A stretch of DNA of 59,130 bases from an uncultured Thermomicrobiales bacterium (GCA_902806325.1 CADCWE010000229.1:1-59130), one strand, 5' to 3'. Shown: positions 37,701-47,491, counted from the stretch's first letter. Made by a program: numbers and translations. Notes: a model not told the origin generated them from the sequence alone.

Positions 37701-38642
37701 TCACCCGCGGTCGAGCAGTTCCAGCACCGGGGCGAGCGCCTCGACCGCCGCCTCGCCGCTGGTCGTCGGCATCAGTTGGACGTGGGAGACGCCTTCGGCG
37801 GCGAAGCCGCGCAGCGCCGCCGCGATCTCCTCGGCCGACCCGGCCAGGGGGCGCGGCGCGTAGTCGGCGCCGGCCAGCGCGGCGTCCAACCCCGGCGGCA
37901 CCACCAGCAGCCCGATCGTGCGACCCAGGCTGGCCGGGTCTCGCCCTTCAGCGGCGCAGGCGGCGTCGAGCGCCTCTCGCAGCGGCGGCACGGCCGCCGG
38001 TGTGTTCTCGTGCGGCACCAGCCAGCCGTTCCAGAGGTCGGCGTGCTGGGCGCAGAGGCGCAGCATCCTGGGTCCGGAGGCGAGGGCGCCGATCAGGATC
38101 GGCGGCCCTTGGGGGCGCGGCCCGCGCGGGCGCAGCACGCAGTCGCGGGCGGTGTAGTACTGCCCCTGGTGGTCGACCGCGCCGTCGCGCAGCAGCGTTT
38201 TGATCAGCCCGACCGCTTCCGCGAACCGGCCAACCCGGTGGTCGTAGGGGTAACCGAAGGCGGCGTACTCCGGCTCGTGCCACCCGGCGCCGAGGCCGAG
38301 GATCAGGCGCCCGCCGGAGACCTCGTCCAGGGTGTCGGCCATCTTGGCCAGCAGGGCCGGGTTGCGGAACCCGGTGCAGAGCACCAGCGTCCCCAGCTCC
38401 ATCCGCGCCGTGCTCGCCGCCAGCGCCGACAACAGCGACCAGCACTCCCACGGCCCGTGCGCCGGTTGCCCCTCCGCCTTAAAGATCAGGTGGTCCGGGA
38501 TCCAGAACGAGTCGAACCCGACCGCCTCCGAGCGCTCCGCCATCCGCCGGATGTCGGCCCAGCGCAGTGCCCCGTCCCGCATCCCCCCCTGCATCGCGGA
38601 CACGAACATCCCGACCTTTAACGGTCGCCCCGATTCGCCCAC
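37701..38642 (-). CDS. LLM-class flavin-dependent oxidoreductase (copy 3)
   Basis: GFDSFWIPDHL, RNPALLAKMADTLDEVSGGRLILGLGAGW; GTG start with AGGAGG RBS. Confidence 0.9.
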   Translation of the reverse strand: MGESGRPLKVGMFVSAMQGGMRDGALRWADIRRMAERSEAVGFDSFWIPDHLIFKAEGQPAHGPWECWSLLSALAASTARMELGTLVLCTGFRNPALLAKMADTLDEVSGGRLILGLGAGWHEPEYAAFGYPYDHRVGRFAEAVGLIKTLLRDGAVDHQGQYYTARDCVLRPRGPRPQGPPILIGALASGPRMLRLCAQHADLWNGWLVPHENTPAAVPPLREALDAACAAEGRDPASLGRTIGLLVVPPGLDAALAGADYAPRPLAGSAEEIAAALRGFAAEGVSHVQLMPTTSGEAAVEALAPVLELLDRG

Positions 38643-38735
38643 CGTACCCTCCTGCGTCGCCGAACCGGGGGGCATTATCAACGAACGGCGCCGGAAGTGG
38701 TCGCGGTCGCCGCCGTTGGGGGACAAAGGAATAAT

Positions 38736-39674
38736 CTATCGCGAAGGTTCCCGTGCATCACGGTCGAGCAGGGCAAGCACCGGGGACAACGCCTCGATTG
38801 AGTCGACCGTGATCGGGTCGAGGACGAGTTGGACGTGGGCCACGCCGGAGCGGGCGACGGCACGGAGCACGTCGGCCAAGGCTTCGGGGCGGCCTTCGAG
38901 CGGGGGCGAGGTGCCGTAGCTGGAGACGCGGCCGCGGGCGCCGGGGAGTCCGATCAGGAGGGCGACGGTGCGCTCCAGGGTCGCCGGGTCGCGGCCGGCG
39001 GCGCGGCAGGCGGTGTCCACGCGGGCCAGCAGCGGCGGCAGGGCGGCCGGGTCGTTGCCGAAGTCGGCGTACCAGGCGTTCCAGGAATCCACGAACGGCA
39101 GGGTCAGGCCGAGGACGCGGGGGCCGAGGCTGCCGATCATCAGCGGCGGGCCGTCCGGGCGTGGGCCGCGCGGGGTAAGGACGCAGTCGCGGGCCTGGTG
39201 GTAGTCCCCAGCGAAGTCGATCGCACCGTCGCGGAGCAGGGTGCGGATGATGGTGAACGCTTCCGCGAAGCGGTCCACCCGGTGGTCGAACGGGAACCCG
39301 AAGGCGGCGAACTCGGCCTCATTCCAGCCGGCGCCGACGCCGAGGACCAACCGACCCCCGCTGATCTCTTCGACCGTGGCCGCCTTCTTGGCCAGCATCG
39401 CCGGGTTGTGGAAGCCGAGGCAGGCGACCAGCGGGCCGATCTCGACCCGCCGCGTGGTCGTCGCCAGCGCCGCCAGCAGCGACCACGCCTCCCACGGCCC
39501 GACCGGTTCCGCCCCCCGGTCCCGGTAGAGCAGGTGGTCGCCGACCCAGAGCGAGTCGAACCCGGCGCCCTCGGCCGTGCGCGCCATCTCGGCCAGCTCG
39601 GCCCACGGGACGTGGCGCTCGGCCTCCGGCAATTGGACCCCGACCTTGAGCGGGCGGCGACGCGATTCGCTCAT
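38736..39674 (-). CDS. LLM-class flavin-dependent oxidoreductase (copy 2)
   Basis: GFDSLWVGDHL, HNPAMLAKKAATVEEISGGRLVLGVGAGW; ATGA overlap with the upstream gene. Confidence 0.9.
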   Translation of the reverse strand: MSESRRRPLKVGVQLPEAERHVPWAELAEMARTAEGAGFDSLWVGDHLLYRDRGAEPVGPWEAWSLLAALATTTRRVEIGPLVACLGFHNPAMLAKKAATVEEISGGRLVLGVGAGWNEAEFAAFGFPFDHRVDRFAEAFTIIRTLLRDGAIDFAGDYHQARDCVLTPRGPRPDGPPLMIGSLGPRVLGLTLPFVDSWNAWYADFGNDPAALPPLLARVDTACRAAGRDPATLERTVALLIGLPGARGRVSSYGTSPPLEGRPEALADVLRAVARSGVAHVQLVLDPITVDSIEALSPVLALLDRDAREPSR

Positions 39675-40702
39675 CCGGCGCCGTCCCCGTCCAGGCGCGC
39701 GATCACGCCGGCGAACCACTCGACGCTTTCCGGGGTGCATGGGTCTAGCCCGCAGACGAAGTGTTGGATGCCGAGGGCGCGGAAGGACCGAATGGCGTCG
39801 GCCAGCGCGTCCTCGTCGCCTTCCATCGCGTCGGGCCGCACGCCGAGGTAGCCGGGGAGGGCGATGTTGGCGCCGGCCGTGCGGACCACGCTCGCCGGGT
39901 CGCGCCCGACCTCGCGGCAGGCCGCGTCCAGCGCGTCCAGCTTCGGCTTGAGGTCCTCGCCCGATCGCTGCCAGCCGGAGTTCCAGGCGTCGGCGTAGCG
40001 GGCCAACAGCCCCAGCATCCGAGGGCCAGAGCTGCCGATCAGGATCGGCGGGCCGCCGGATTCTGCCCGCGGGCCGCGGGGCAGGTTGAGCATCCCCTCG
40101 GCCTGGAAGAACTCCCCGTCGACATCGGCGCGGCCGTCGCGCAGCATGCCGTGGATGATCCGGATCGCGTCCTCGAAGCGGCCAACCCGGTGGTCGAACG
40201 GGAAGCCGAATTGGCGGTACTCCGGCTCGTGCCAGCCGGCGCCCAGGCCGAGGATGAACCGCCCCTGCCCGATCTCGTCGATCGCCTCGGCCATCTTGGC
40301 GATGACGCCGGGGTTGCGGAACCCGGTGCAGGCGACCAGGCAGCCGATCTGGATCGCGCTCCCGTTGGTGGCCGCCGCCAACCCGGCCATCGTCGTCCAG
40401 CACTCCCAGATCCCGCGCGGCGCGGTTCCCGCCGGCAGTTCGAAGACCAGGTGGTCGGCGAACCAGACCGCGTCGAACCCGACCGCGTCCGCCGTTTGGG
40501 TGATCGCCAGCATGTCGGCGAACCGCGGCGTCGGCCCAAACGCCGACCCTTCCGAGATCGGCACCATCAGGCCGAGACCCATCGCCCGGCCGGGGCGGGG
40601 GGACGGCCACCGGTGGGGACCGGGGTTCGGGGTCCGGGGTCTGGGGCCTGGCGGGGCATTCGGGGCATCGGCGCCCTTCGTTTCGCTGGAGTCACCGATC
40701 AT
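39671..40702 (-). CDS. LLM-class flavin-dependent oxidoreductase (copy 1)
   Basis: GFDAVWFADHL, RNPGVIAKMAEAIDEIGQGRFILGLGAGW. Confidence 0.9.
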   Translation of the reverse strand: MIGDSSETKGADAPNAPPGPRPRTPNPGPHRWPSPRPGRAMGLGLMVPISEGSAFGPTPRFADMLAITQTADAVGFDAVWFADHLVFELPAGTAPRGIWECWTTMAGLAAATNGSAIQIGCLVACTGFRNPGVIAKMAEAIDEIGQGRFILGLGAGWHEPEYRQFGFPFDHRVGRFEDAIRIIHGMLRDGRADVDGEFFQAEGMLNLPRGPRAESGGPPILIGSSGPRMLGLLARYADAWNSGWQRSGEDLKPKLDALDAACREVGRDPASVVRTAGANIALPGYLGVRPDAMEGDEDALADAIRSFRALGIQHFVCGLDPCTPESVEWFAGVIARLDGDGAG

Positions 40703-40764
40703 GGACGTACCCTCCCTGGCAAACGGCCCTGCGCCACGACAATCCCCAGCCCCCAGCCCCCCGT

Positions 40765-41553
40765 CTACTCCAGGTTCATCCGCCGCAACCGCCACGCCGC
40801 GAGGACGACCGAGACGACCGAGACGACGACGACGACGATCAGGGCGGCCCGGAGGCCGGTGGCGTTGTCCAGGGTGTAGGCGGGATCGTCGAGCCGGTCG
40901 ACGAAGATGGACTCGACGTAGTGGCGGATGCTGACGATCCGGATCCCGGTCAGGAAGCGCCCCAAGAGGCTTTCCCAGACGAAGACGTAGACGATCCCAA
41001 CCAGCAGCGCCCGCGGGATCACCAGGCTGACGAAGAGGAACACGGAGGCGGTGGCGACGACCCCGGCGGTGGCGGCGACGAGCATCGGCCCCAACACGGA
41101 GGTCAAATCGAGGTTCTCGGCGGCGCGGCGGAAAACCGGCTGGTAGTCGCTGGCCGCGACCCGGACGATGCCGTAGGTCGCGAGCAGCCCGGCCAGCACC
41201 GCCGGCACGGCGACCACCAGCACCCCGAGCAGCTTCTCGAACGCGATCCGCAGCCGCCCCATCGGCTTCATCGTCAGGTACGGCAGCGTCCGGTCCTCGA
41301 CCTCGTTGCCGAGCGCCCCGGTGGCCAGGATCAGGACCATGATCGGCAGCAACGTCGGCGCCATCAGGCCCCGGAAGACGACCTCGACCAGATAGTCGCG
41401 CGGCGTCGCGACGGTGGTGTTGATCAGGTAGATCAGCGCGAACAGGCACGGGATGGCCGACATCGCGACGACGACGCGGACGGCCTTGCCGCCGAGGAAT
41501 TGGCGGACCGTCAGGGTGGTGACGGGGAAGGTGCGCCAGAAGAGGTTGGTCAT
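40765..41553 (-). CDS. ABC-2 type exporter permease
   Basis: About six TM helices; NEVEDRTLPYLTMKPMGR motif. Confidence 0.88.
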   Translation of the reverse strand: MTNLFWRTFPVTTLTVRQFLGGKAVRVVVAMSAIPCLFALIYLINTTVATPRDYLVEVVFRGLMAPTLLPIMVLILATGALGNEVEDRTLPYLTMKPMGRLRIAFEKLLGVLVVAVPAVLAGLLATYGIVRVAASDYQPVFRRAAENLDLTSVLGPMLVAATAGVVATASVFLFVSLVIPRALLVGIVYVFVWESLLGRFLTGIRIVSIRHYVESIFVDRLDDPAYTLDNATGLRAALIVVVVVSVVSVVLAAWRLRRMNLE

Positions 41554-41610
41554 CGAAGGATTACCTCGGCGGCGAGACTCACCGCGATCCCGTGGATCCC
41601 ACCAACCACG

Positions 41611-42615
41611 CTACCGCTCCACCAGATACGCGAACACCGACGTCAACGACTCGTCGTCAGGTTGCACCTCGAACAGTCGAATCCCGTAGCGCTTGGCGGC
41701 GGCGGGGACGGCGCGGTAGAAGGCGCGAACGTCGTCGGTTTCGGCGACGATGCGGCCTTCGTGGTCGAAGCGGAGGGCGCGGGTGGCCGGGTCGGCGATC
41801 AGGGCGGCGGCCAGGCGGCGGGGTTGGTCGGTCCGGATCCGGACGGCGTGGTCGTGGGCGTCGATCTTGTCGCGGATCGCCCGGAAGTCGCCGGCAGCCG
41901 CGAGCTTGCCGTTGACGATGACGACAATGTTCTCGGCGAAGCGCTCGACCTCGACCAGGACGTGAGAGGAAACGAGCACCGTCTTGCCGGACCGGCCAAG
42001 GGCGCGGATCAAGGCTATCAGGCCGGCCCGCTGGACCGGGTCGGTGCCGTTCAAGGGTTCGTCCATAAGCACGACCTGCGGGTCGTGGACCAGGCACGCG
42101 GCGACCTTGATCCGCTGCCGCATGCCCTTCGAATAGCCGCCCATCTTGCGGTTTGCGGCGTCGCCCATCTCGACCAGGCCGATCGCCCGCTCGGTGGCCC
42201 CGGCCGGGTCGGGCAGCTTTTGGAGGATCGCGTTCATCCGCACGAACTCGCGGCCAGAGAGGTACGGGTAGACGGATTCTTGTTCCGGGACCAGCCCAAG
42301 TTGCTTGTAGACGCCGGGTCGACCGCGGGCGGGGCCGCCGAGGATGGTGATCTCGCCGGAGGACGCGGCGAGCAGCCCGGCCATCATCTTCAGGATGGTC
42401 GACTTGCCGGCCCCGTTCGGACCGAGCAGGCCGGTCACCCCCGGGCCGACGCCGAAGGAGACGTCGGAGACGGCGACCACGTCGCCGTACCACTTCGAGA
42501 CGTGGTCGACGACGATGGTCGGCTCCCGGCCCGCGATCACGCCGGGCAGATTCGCCCGCTCCAGCGGCGCGACGTGTCCGTTGTCGGGGATGAACACCCG
42601 GCGTTGCCTACTCAT
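41611..42615 (-). CDS. ABC exporter ATP-binding protein
   Basis: GPNGAGKST, YSKGMRQR, MDEP, SSH. Confidence 0.93.
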   Translation of the reverse strand: MSRQRRVFIPDNGHVAPLERANLPGVIAGREPTIVVDHVSKWYGDVVAVSDVSFGVGPGVTGLLGPNGAGKSTILKMMAGLLAASSGEITILGGPARGRPGVYKQLGLVPEQESVYPYLSGREFVRMNAILQKLPDPAGATERAIGLVEMGDAANRKMGGYSKGMRQRIKVAACLVHDPQVVLMDEPLNGTDPVQRAGLIALIRALGRSGKTVLVSSHVLVEVERFAENIVVIVNGKLAAAGDFRAIRDKIDAHDHAVRIRTDQPRRLAAALIADPATRALRFDHEGRIVAETDDVRAFYRAVPAAAKRYGIRLFEVQPDDESLTSVFAYLVER

Positions 42616-43501
42616 CGGGCACGTACCGCCACAGCATGACCAGGCAACAGATCGCCACCACCACCAGCATCACCGCGACGTAGGTCCAGAGCGCGAGCTC
42701 CGACAGGTCGATGTCGCTGTCCGGCCAGAGTGCGCCAACCAACCCGATGGTGGTTTGACCGGCGGACAGGAAGACCAGGTAGTCGTGGTAGGCGCTGCCG
42801 CGGTCAACCGCCTCGAACAGCGCCACCCCCAGCGCCTGAGTAATCAGGAAGGCGACCACGATCACCGCCACCGCCACGCTCTTGCGCCCGGTGAACGACG
42901 AGATCATCAGGCCAATCGCGCCCAGGTAGAGCGCGATCAACCCGCCAGCGACCGCGACCCGCGCCAGGTCGTCCAGGTTGTCGCCCATCGCCGATAGCGG
43001 GGCGTCCGCCAGCAGCTGCAAGAACAGCCAGAGCAGAAACGCCGGGATGAAGGAGATCGTCAACGTCAGCAGCGCGGTCGCGACCAATTTGGCGAGCAGG
43101 TAGTCCAGGCGCGTGATCGCGCGCGAGAAGTAGAGCGGGAGCACGTTCTCGCGCCGGTCCCCGCACACCATCTCCGGCGCGATGGTGGCGACGAACAAGC
43201 CTTCGATGACGAAGGTGAAGATGAAGAAGTCGGCGTAATCCCAGACCTCGGCGTTGGGCGCGAAGGCGGTGATGCCGACGACGAGGATCACCGGAAAGGC
43301 GGCCGCCACGTAGAGCAGGATCGGGATGATCTTCGCCGTCCAGCTCTTCTTGATCCCCAGCGCGCGCTTGGCGGAGTAGCGGACCAGCGCCCAGGCCGCC
43401 GCGCCGCGCCCCAGCTGGGGGCCGTCGTAGTGCTTGTAGCCGCGGTCGAAGACCTCGCCGTAGCGGGCCGGCTGCCCGATCGGTGCTTCAGACAGCGCCA
43501 T
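42608..43501 (-). CDS. ABC-2 type exporter permease
   Basis: TM helices; DRRENVLPLYFSRAITRLDYLLAK motif. Confidence 0.88.
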   Translation of the reverse strand: MALSEAPIGQPARYGEVFDRGYKHYDGPQLGRGAAAWALVRYSAKRALGIKKSWTAKIIPILLYVAAAFPVILVVGITAFAPNAEVWDYADFFIFTFVIEGLFVATIAPEMVCGDRRENVLPLYFSRAITRLDYLLAKLVATALLTLTISFIPAFLLWLFLQLLADAPLSAMGDNLDDLARVAVAGGLIALYLGAIGLMISSFTGRKSVAVAVIVVAFLITQALGVALFEAVDRGSAYHDYLVFLSAGQTTIGLVGALWPDSDIDLSELALWTYVAVMLVVVAICCLVMLWRYVPDE

Positions 43502-44507
43502 CGCTGGCCCCCCCGGTGCCGTTCTCGACGCCGACGTTGCCGAGGTAGACGTCCTCGAGGGAGCGCGACCGGGAGCGCAGGGAGCGCAGCGGCAGGTCGA
43601 GGTCGGCGGCGGCGTCGCGGATCGCGTCGTAAACGTGGTCGCCGTCGCGGCGAATCACCAGCTCCCCCCAGACGTCGTCGTCCTCGCTGGGCCGGACGTG
43701 AAGCCCGGCGGCGGTCAGGCGGGCCACGAACGGCCCCGGGTCGCCGTCGAGGCGGACCAGCAGGTTGCCGCCGTCGTCGCCCAAATCGCCGATCGGTTGC
43801 GAGACCACGAGACGCCCGCCGCTGAGGATCACGACGTGTTGGCAGACGCGCTCGATGTCTTCCAGGATGTGGGACGAGACGACGACGGCGATGCCGAGGT
43901 TGCGGTGGATGCGGGCGATCAGGTCCAGCATGTCCTCGCGCCCCTGGGGGTCCATGCCGTTGGTCGGTTCGTCGAGGAAGACCAGGTCCGGGTCGTGGAC
44001 GATCGCCTGCGCCAGTTTGACGCGCTGCTTCATGCCGGTCGAGAAGCCCTTGATCAGGCGGTAGCGTTCCTCGTCCAGCCCGACCTGGTAGAGCACGTCG
44101 GCGGCGCGCTGGCGAGCGGCGCGGCTGGGCAGCCCGCTCATCTCGGCCATGTGGCCGACGAAATCGGCGGCGGTGGTGCCGGGCGGCAGGCAGTCGGATT
44201 CCGGCATGTAGCCGACCCGCTCCCTGATCTTGATCCCCTGGTGCCGGGTGTCGAAGCCGAGGACGCTCGCCTGACCGGCCGAGGGCTTGGCCAGACCCAG
44301 CAACAGGCGCAGCAGCGTGGTCTTGCCCGCACCGTTGGCACCGAGCAGGCCGACCGACGCGCGGGGGATCGTCAGGTCGAGCCGATCCAACGCCAGGTGG
44401 CGACCGTAGCGTTTCTCCAACCCCCGCGCCTCGACGACCGGAGGCGGCGCGACCTCCGGGACGACGGACATCGGTGCGGCGATCGTTCTCTCGTCGACGG
44501 CGATCAT
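43488..44507 (-). CDS. ABC exporter ATP-binding protein
   Basis: GANGAGKTT, FSTGMKQR, LDEPT, SSH. Confidence 0.93.
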   Translation of the reverse strand: MIAVDERTIAAPMSVVPEVAPPPVVEARGLEKRYGRHLALDRLDLTIPRASVGLLGANGAGKTTLLRLLLGLAKPSAGQASVLGFDTRHQGIKIRERVGYMPESDCLPPGTTAADFVGHMAEMSGLPSRAARQRAADVLYQVGLDEERYRLIKGFSTGMKQRVKLAQAIVHDPDLVFLDEPTNGMDPQGREDMLDLIARIHRNLGIAVVVSSHILEDIERVCQHVVILSGGRLVVSQPIGDLGDDGGNLLVRLDGDPGPFVARLTAAGLHVRPSEDDDVWGELVIRRDGDHVYDAIRDAAADLDLPLRSLRSRSRSLEDVYLGNVGVENGTGGASDGAV

Positions 44508-44752
44508 TGGCCCTTCATCCCGCCCGCGACTCCCCGGCTGACCGGCGGATATTCCGTTCCATTGCCTCGTGCGCGGCCAGTCTACCAGCCCCGGCCGCTC
44601 AAACGCCGTGGGGCCTGCCCGGACGGCTAGTTCCCGCCCCCGTCACCCTGGCGATGGCCCGTCCCCGCCGGCGGCGTACCCTTGGCACCAGTCGAACCGT
44701 CTTCCGCCGCGCCGGTTGGTCGCGGCGCCGTTTCAGCCAAGGAGACCATCCC

Positions 44753-45679
44753 GTGGACACGCAGATCAACCCCGGCGTCCTCGCCCAACTCTCCGACGAC
44801 CTCGCCGACGCGGTCGAGCGGGCCGGTGCCGGGACCGTGACCGTCAACGCCCGACGCCGGATGCCGGCCAGCGGCATCGTCTGGAGCGCCGACGGCCTGA
44901 TCGTCACCGCCAACCACGTCGTCGAGCGCGACGACGACATCACGGTCGATCTGCCGGACGGCCGCTCCGTCGCCGCGACCGTGGTCGGCCGCGACCAGGG
45001 CAGCGACATCGCGCTGCTGCGGGCCGAGGCCGGCGACCTGCCGGTGGCGCCCCGCGCCGAATCCGCCGCCGGCGGCCTCAAGCCCGGGCATCTGGTGTTG
45101 GCCGTCGCGCGGCCGGGACCGAGCGGCCCGATGGCGTCGTTCGGTGCCGTCAGCGTGGTCGGCGGCGCCTGGCGCACCCACCAGGGCGCGACCGTCGACG
45201 GCTTCATCCGCGCCGACGTGGCGATGCTGCCCGGCTTCTCCGGCGGCCCGCTGGTCAACGCCGCCGGCGAGATCGTCGGCCTCAACTCCTCTACCCTCGG
45301 CCGGGGCGGCGGCCTGACCGTGCCGGTCTCGGCGATCCAGAAGGTCGCCGACGCCCTGCTCAGCCACGGCAAGGTCCGGCGCGGCTTCCTCGGCATCGGC
45401 GCCCAAGCCGTCCGGATCCAGGCCGCGCTCGCCCAATCCATCGGCGTCGAGCAGGAGCGCGGCTTGCTGGTGGTCGGCGTCGAGCCGGACGGCCCGGCCG
45501 AAAAGGACGGCCTCTTCCTCGGCGACGTGATCATCGCCCTCGACAACCAATCCGTCTCCGAGGTCGAGCAATTGCAAGACCGCCTGACCGGCGATTGGGT
45601 CGGCCGCAAGATTCCGATCCGCGTCATCCGCGGCGGCGCCCTGCACGAACTGGCGGTGACGGTCGGGGAGCGGGGATAG
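44753..45679 (+). CDS. S1C (HtrA-like) serine protease with PDZ domain, no signal peptide
   Basis: TANH, SDIALL, PGFSGG triad motifs; GFLGI PDZ loop; GTG start with AAGGAG RBS. Confidence 0.9.
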   Translation: MDTQINPGVLAQLSDDLADAVERAGAGTVTVNARRRMPASGIVWSADGLIVTANHVVERDDDITVDLPDGRSVAATVVGRDQGSDIALLRAEAGDLPVAPRAESAAGGLKPGHLVLAVARPGPSGPMASFGAVSVVGGAWRTHQGATVDGFIRADVAMLPGFSGGPLVNAAGEIVGLNSSTLGRGGGLTVPVSAIQKVADALLSHGKVRRGFLGIGAQAVRIQAALAQSIGVEQERGLLVVGVEPDGPAEKDGLFLGDVIIALDNQSVSEVEQLQDRLTGDWVGRKIPIRVIRGGALHELAVTVGERG

Positions 45680-45732
45680 GGCGGGCGGAATGGCCTTATC
45701 CTCCTCGCCAGCACAATCTCACCAACCCCCAG

Positions 45733-45810
45733 CCCCCTGCCCCCCGCAATCGGGGGGCAGGGGGAGCCGTTCGCCCCTCCCTCGGATCGGGAGAGGGGTT
45801 GGGGGAGGGG
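45733..45810. repeat. Pair of REP-like GC hairpins between the two protease genes
   Basis: Perfect 14-bp stem CCCCCTGCCCCCCG-caat-CGGGGGGCAGGGGG, then imperfect CCCCTCCC..GGGAGAGGGG. Confidence 0.65.
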
Positions 45811-45863
45811 GATGATCGGCGCTCCCGTTTCCTTTACGATCGAAGAAAGGATCCAATCAGCCC

Positions 45864-46754
45864 ATGGTCGCCACGCTCGAATCTCCTCCGGCAATCGGGA
45901 TCGCTAGGGTTCTCTCCAACGCCGCGGCCGAGACGGTCGGCCGGGTCCGGGACAGCGTCGCCGTCGTCTACCAGCGGGGCGGCAACGGCGCCGGGGTGAT
46001 CTGGCGCGCCGACGGCCAGATCGTCACCAACAACCACGTCGCCCGCCACGATCGGATGGAGATCGTGCTCGCCGACGGGCGGCACTTCACCGGTATCGTC
46101 GCCGCCCGCCACCCGGACCGGGACCTGGCGGTGGTCAAGATCGCGGCCGAGGGGTTGCCGGCGATCGAGGTCGGGGACTCGGCGACGGTCCGCCCGGGGC
46201 AGCTCGCCTTCGCCGTCGGTCATCCGCTGGGGTGGCGCGACGCGATCACCGCCGGCATCGTCGTCGCCGCCGGCCAGGCCGCGACGGCGGGCGGGCCGCG
46301 CACCGGGGACTACCTGCAAACCGACGTCGCGTTGCTGCCCGGCAACTCCGGCGGGCCGCTGGCCGACGCCCACGGCCGGGTGATCGGGATCAACACGATG
46401 GTCAACGGCCGGTTGTCGTTGGCGATCCCGAGCCTGGCGGTCGAGCGGTTCGTGTCCGGCGGCCCCGCCGACGGCCAAGCCTATCTGGGCCTAAACGGGG
46501 TGGTGGTGCCGCTGCGGCGAACCGACCACGCCGCCGGGTTCCTGATCACCGAAGTTGAGGACGGGACCCCGGCCGACCGCGCCGGCCTGATCGTCGGCGA
46601 CGTGATCGTCGCCGTCGCCGAGCGTTCGATCGAGGACCAGGAGTCGCTGCCGGCGGCGATGCTCCGCCTCAAGCCGGGCGACGCGGTCGCGATCCAGGTC
46701 CTGCGCGGGGGCGAGCCGCGCGCCTTCACCGTCGTCCCGACCGAGCGGGCGTGA
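45864..46754 (+). CDS. Second S1C (HtrA-like) serine protease with PDZ domain, no signal peptide
   Basis: TNNH, RDLAVV, PGNSGG; AYLGL PDZ loop. Confidence 0.9.
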   Translation: MVATLESPPAIGIARVLSNAAAETVGRVRDSVAVVYQRGGNGAGVIWRADGQIVTNNHVARHDRMEIVLADGRHFTGIVAARHPDRDLAVVKIAAEGLPAIEVGDSATVRPGQLAFAVGHPLGWRDAITAGIVVAAGQAATAGGPRTGDYLQTDVALLPGNSGGPLADAHGRVIGINTMVNGRLSLAIPSLAVERFVSGGPADGQAYLGLNGVVVPLRRTDHAAGFLITEVEDGTPADRAGLIVGDVIVAVAERSIEDQESLPAAMLRLKPGDAVAIQVLRGGEPRAFTVVPTERA

Positions 46755-47491
46755 GTTCGCCGGGGTCCGCCGGGAAGCCGCCCCCCGTCCCCGATCGGGA
46801 CGGGGGCGCGGCGCCGCTGCGCGTGTTGGTCGTCGCCGCCTACCCGGCGGTGCGGGCGGGGTTGGCGACGCTCTTGTCCCAGGCGCCGGGGTCGGATCTA
46901 TTGCCGGTCGATCTCGGCAGCCGGGGCGGCGCCCGTGGGGCGTCGTGGACCGGCGGCCCGGGCGGAGACCGGCTGGCCGCCTTCGCCGAGCCGGACGCGG
47001 ACGTGATCCTGACCGACGTCGCCGGGTTGCCCGACGACCGGCTCGATCAACTCGCCGACGCCCACCCCGGCGCCCCGTTCGTCCTCCTCGGCGCCAACCC
47101 GGCGACCGACGGGCCGGGTCTTGCCGCTGGTCCGGTCGCGTACCTGTCCCCAGACGCCGACGGTCCGACCCTGGCGGCGGCGGTGCGCGGCGTGGCGCTC
47201 GGTCTGACCGTGCTCGACCCCGGCCTGGCCCTCGCCGCCGGCATCCACGCCCACCCCGCCGAATCCCCCCGCCCCCTGGGCGCCGACGACCGCGAAACCC
47301 TGACCGCCCGCGAGCGCGAAGTCCTCCGCTTGGTCGCCGACGGCCTGCCGAACAAGGCGATCGCCCGCGCCCTCGGCATCAGCGAGCACACGGCGAAGTT
47401 CCACGTCGGGTCGCTGTTGTCCAAACTGGGCGCCGGCAGCCGGACGGAGGCGGTGACGCTGGCAACGCGGCGTGGGCTGCTGGCGATTTGA
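46751..47491 (+). CDS. NarL/LuxR family regulator with degenerate receiver domain
   Basis: LTAREREVL..PNKAIA..HVGSLLSKLG HTH; receiver reads VLVVAAYP (no acidic pair) and AYLSPDA (no Lys); GTGA overlap with protease 2. Confidence 0.85.
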   Translation: MSSPGSAGKPPPVPDRDGGAAPLRVLVVAAYPAVRAGLATLLSQAPGSDLLPVDLGSRGGARGASWTGGPGGDRLAAFAEPDADVILTDVAGLPDDRLDQLADAHPGAPFVLLGANPATDGPGLAAGPVAYLSPDADGPTLAAAVRGVALGLTVLDPGLALAAGIHAHPAESPRPLGADDRETLTAREREVLRLVADGLPNKAIARALGISEHTAKFHVGSLLSKLGAGSRTEAVTLATRRGLLAI

